Assembly: GCA_964439775.1 (NCBI GenBank)
Contig: CAYTPF010000001.1
Location: 761 to 40,976, forward strand
DNA: 40,216 bases
Origin: an uncultured bacterium
GTDB lineage: Bacteria > Fidelibacterota > Marinisomatia > SCGC-AAA003-L08 > GCA-002704045
Reading direction: 5' to 3'
Each line of letters starts with the position of its first letter. Within the stretch, counting starts at the first letter, position 1. Below the pieces are notes generated by a model. It was not told where the DNA came from. It did not search any database and saw nothing but the letters and a program-made list of their open reading frames with translations. Both the position numbers and the translations under genes were made by a program. Below are positions 36,001 to 39,000 of this stretch, piece by piece.

Positions 36001-39000
36001 CACGGTCTGCACCCTCACCCGTCAGTTCCGTCACCACATCGTCGGCACTGTTGACCGTATAGGTGTCGTCGCCGTCGCCACCAATGAGCGTATCCGCACC
36101 AGCGCCGCTGGTTATCCGATCATCACCGCTGCCCGCCGTAACGACAGCACCGGTCTCACCCTCGATCGTCAGCGTGTTGTCGCCTTCGCCAAGGTTGACC
36201 GTCTCCACATTCTCGACACGAAGCTGATCATCGCCGGCACCAAGCGTCAGGCTATCCGTACCCTCACCAAGATCAACCGCACGCTCATTCATCGTCTGAC
36301 TGAAGGTCACCGCTTCATCGGCAACGCCACCGGTAAAGCGGATCGTCGACAGCGGCAGGCCGTTGGCATCATAACGCTGACTGTAGATGCCTGAACCACT
36401 GCTGTCCTGTCCGTCCTCCGACGTCCAGGTGACAACAAAACCACCGTTATCGAGTGCCGCAACCGACGGATCATGCTGAGAAGAGTTGGTATAGCTGTTG
36501 GCCATGAACTCGTCGCCAACCGGCGTACCCGTACCATCAAACATCTGACCACGGATATCCGCACCGGAACCGCCATCATGGCCACTGTCGTCACGCCAGG
36601 TGACGACAAAACCGCCGTTATCAAGGGTTGTCACCGACGGCTGATACTGGGAACCCGACGTGTAATCGTTGATACGGAAGTCGCCGCCCAGGACCTGTGG
36701 CGTCAGGATCAGATCGCCATCATCATCGGTCGCAGTCGTCGTAAAGATCTGACCGCGGACATCGTAACCGGATCCTGTCGCGCTGTCGTTGTCGTTCGTA
36801 TCGTGTGAGCTGCCACTGTCATCACGCCAGATCACCACGAACGTGCCATTGCCAAGATCGGCCATCGCCGGCTCATACTGCGAGCCGCTGTCCGCATCGG
36901 CATTGATCAGGAAGTCGTCACCAACCTTCTGACCCGCCGCATCGAAGCGCTGACCAAAGACATCAATACCACTGCCACCGTCATGACTGCTGCCCTTGTC
37001 ATCACGCCAGGTGACGACAAAGCCACCGTCTGAGAGCGATGTAATCGCCGGGTCGTACTGGCTGCCCGACGTATAGGTGTTCACCAGGACTTCATCTGCG
37101 TCAACAATCGGCGTATCGACCGGATTACTGCTCGCATCCGTCGTCGTGAAGGTCTTAACGAAGATGTCGTTGCTGCTGCCGCCTTGGCCATCATTACTAC
37201 CGTCACTATCGTACCAAGCCACAGCAAAACCGTCACCGTGGGCAACGATCGCCGGATCATACTGCTCGCCCGAGACATTCGTATTGACGAGAAGTTCCTC
37301 GCCAATCATCTCGCCATCCACATCGAAGCGCTGAGCCCGAATGTCGTAGCTAGAACCGGCATCATGGCCGCTGTTATCACGCCAAGTGATGACAAACCCG
37401 CCGTCGTTCAGCGTTGTCACCGAGGGCTCATACTGATGGCTCGAGGTATAGGTGTTGACCCGGAACTCATCACCGATCAGCGCACCCGTCTCATTGAACA
37501 GCTGAGCTCGGATGTCGTAATTAGAACCGCCGCTATGGCCGCTGCTGTCCGCCCAAGTCACCACATACTTACCGCCGGCAAGGCCTGTCACTGAAGGCGT
37601 ATACTGCGTACCTGAGACGTACGTATTAACCTGGATCTCGCCGTCGTTATCGTCAGAGACTTCCAGTCGCTGACCGTCGGCAAAGGCAAGCGTCTCGACA
37701 CTCGTTAGGCTGTCCGTGCCGTCATCGCCGTTCGTTGTATCGACATCAGTGACCGTAATCGTCGTGCCATCTGCACTGGTCGTGACCCGGTAATCAGAGA
37801 TGTCGCCGGCGAACGTCGCCGTATCCGAGCCCGCGCCGCCATCAATCGTATCGTCACCGGCGCCGCCCGTTATAACGTCACTGCCCGAGCCCGCATTAAT
37901 CTGATCAACACCTTGGCCACCGTCCAGTGTGTCCATGCCAGACCCAGCGTTCAGGACATCGTTACCAGAGCCGCCAACGAGCGTATCCGAGCCAGAGCCG
38001 CCAATTAGGATGTCCTCGCCGGAACCGCCGTCCAATAAGCTGCCCGCGTTGTTCGCAAACAGGCGGTCGTCGCCACCCTCGCCAAAGACGTTGCTCGCCT
38101 CATCGCCCGCGACCGTAACAACATCAGCACCGCCACCCGCGTACACATACTCCGTGCCAGAAACAAAGAAGGTGCTGTTGATGCTTCCGGAAGCGGATGG
38201 CAATGCACCACCCCAGTCACCTTCAAAATTAATCGTCGTATCAATGCGTGTGCTGTATATCGAGCCGCTGTTGAAGTCGCCTGTGCTGCCAGTATTGGTG
38301 AAGTACTCGGCGCTCAATCCGCTGATATAATTATTGCTCTGGATCGTAATGAGGTCATCTACCGAAGAGCCAGTCAGTGTAATCCTGCCATCAAATGTAG
38401 ATGTCACCGACAAATCGCCATCATCGAACGAGAGCGTTTCCACCTCCAAAATTGAGTCAGTGCCCAAAGAAGGATCGATGTTCGCAATTGTCAGAGTGCC
38501 GTAATCATCGACGTTAAAGGTATAATCGGACTTATTGCCGGCATAAATTAGCGTATCTGAACCAGCCCCACCCGTAATCATATCGTTTCCGCGGCTCGCG
38601 GTTATAGTGTCGTCGCCAGCGTTCCCATCTATAACATCATCGCCATCACCGCCATTGATCGCGTCATTACCCAATCCGCCATCGATGAAGTCATTTCTCG
38701 TACTGCCAAGGAAGGTGTCGTTCCCGGATCCACCTTCGATACTCTCGATATTAACGAATGTATCCGAACCTATGTCAGTCCCGGTCGCACTACCCGTTGA
38801 CATATCAACATCGATGCTTGTGGAAATATCCCGGTAATCGGCGGTATCAAATCCGTCACCACCATCAATTTGATCATTTCCAAGACCACCACTGAAGTAG
38901 TCGTCTCCACCCGCCCCCATAAGAGTATCGTTACCGTCGGAGCCTTGAAGAATATCGTCGCCTTCACCACCATCCAGGAAGTCGTCGCCACCTGAGCCGG

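Larger units (their letters stand above)
20775..38176 (-). repeat. 17.4-kb macro-repeat, copy B (N-terminal copy in the protein), identical to 3360-20761
   Basis: The offset is 17,415 nt = 3 x 5,805. It has the same sub-architecture as copy A, and the listed sub-features are copy A coordinates +17,415. Confidence 0.93.

Noticed and set aside
3360-38176. The 17.4-kb units as a mobile element, prophage or composite transposon.
   Set aside because: There is no transposase, integrase or phage-like ORF in any frame. I see no terminal inverted repeats, and there is only a 2-nt match at the outer junctions (no target-site duplication). The units are entirely in-frame coding sequence of the same protein type as the flanks.
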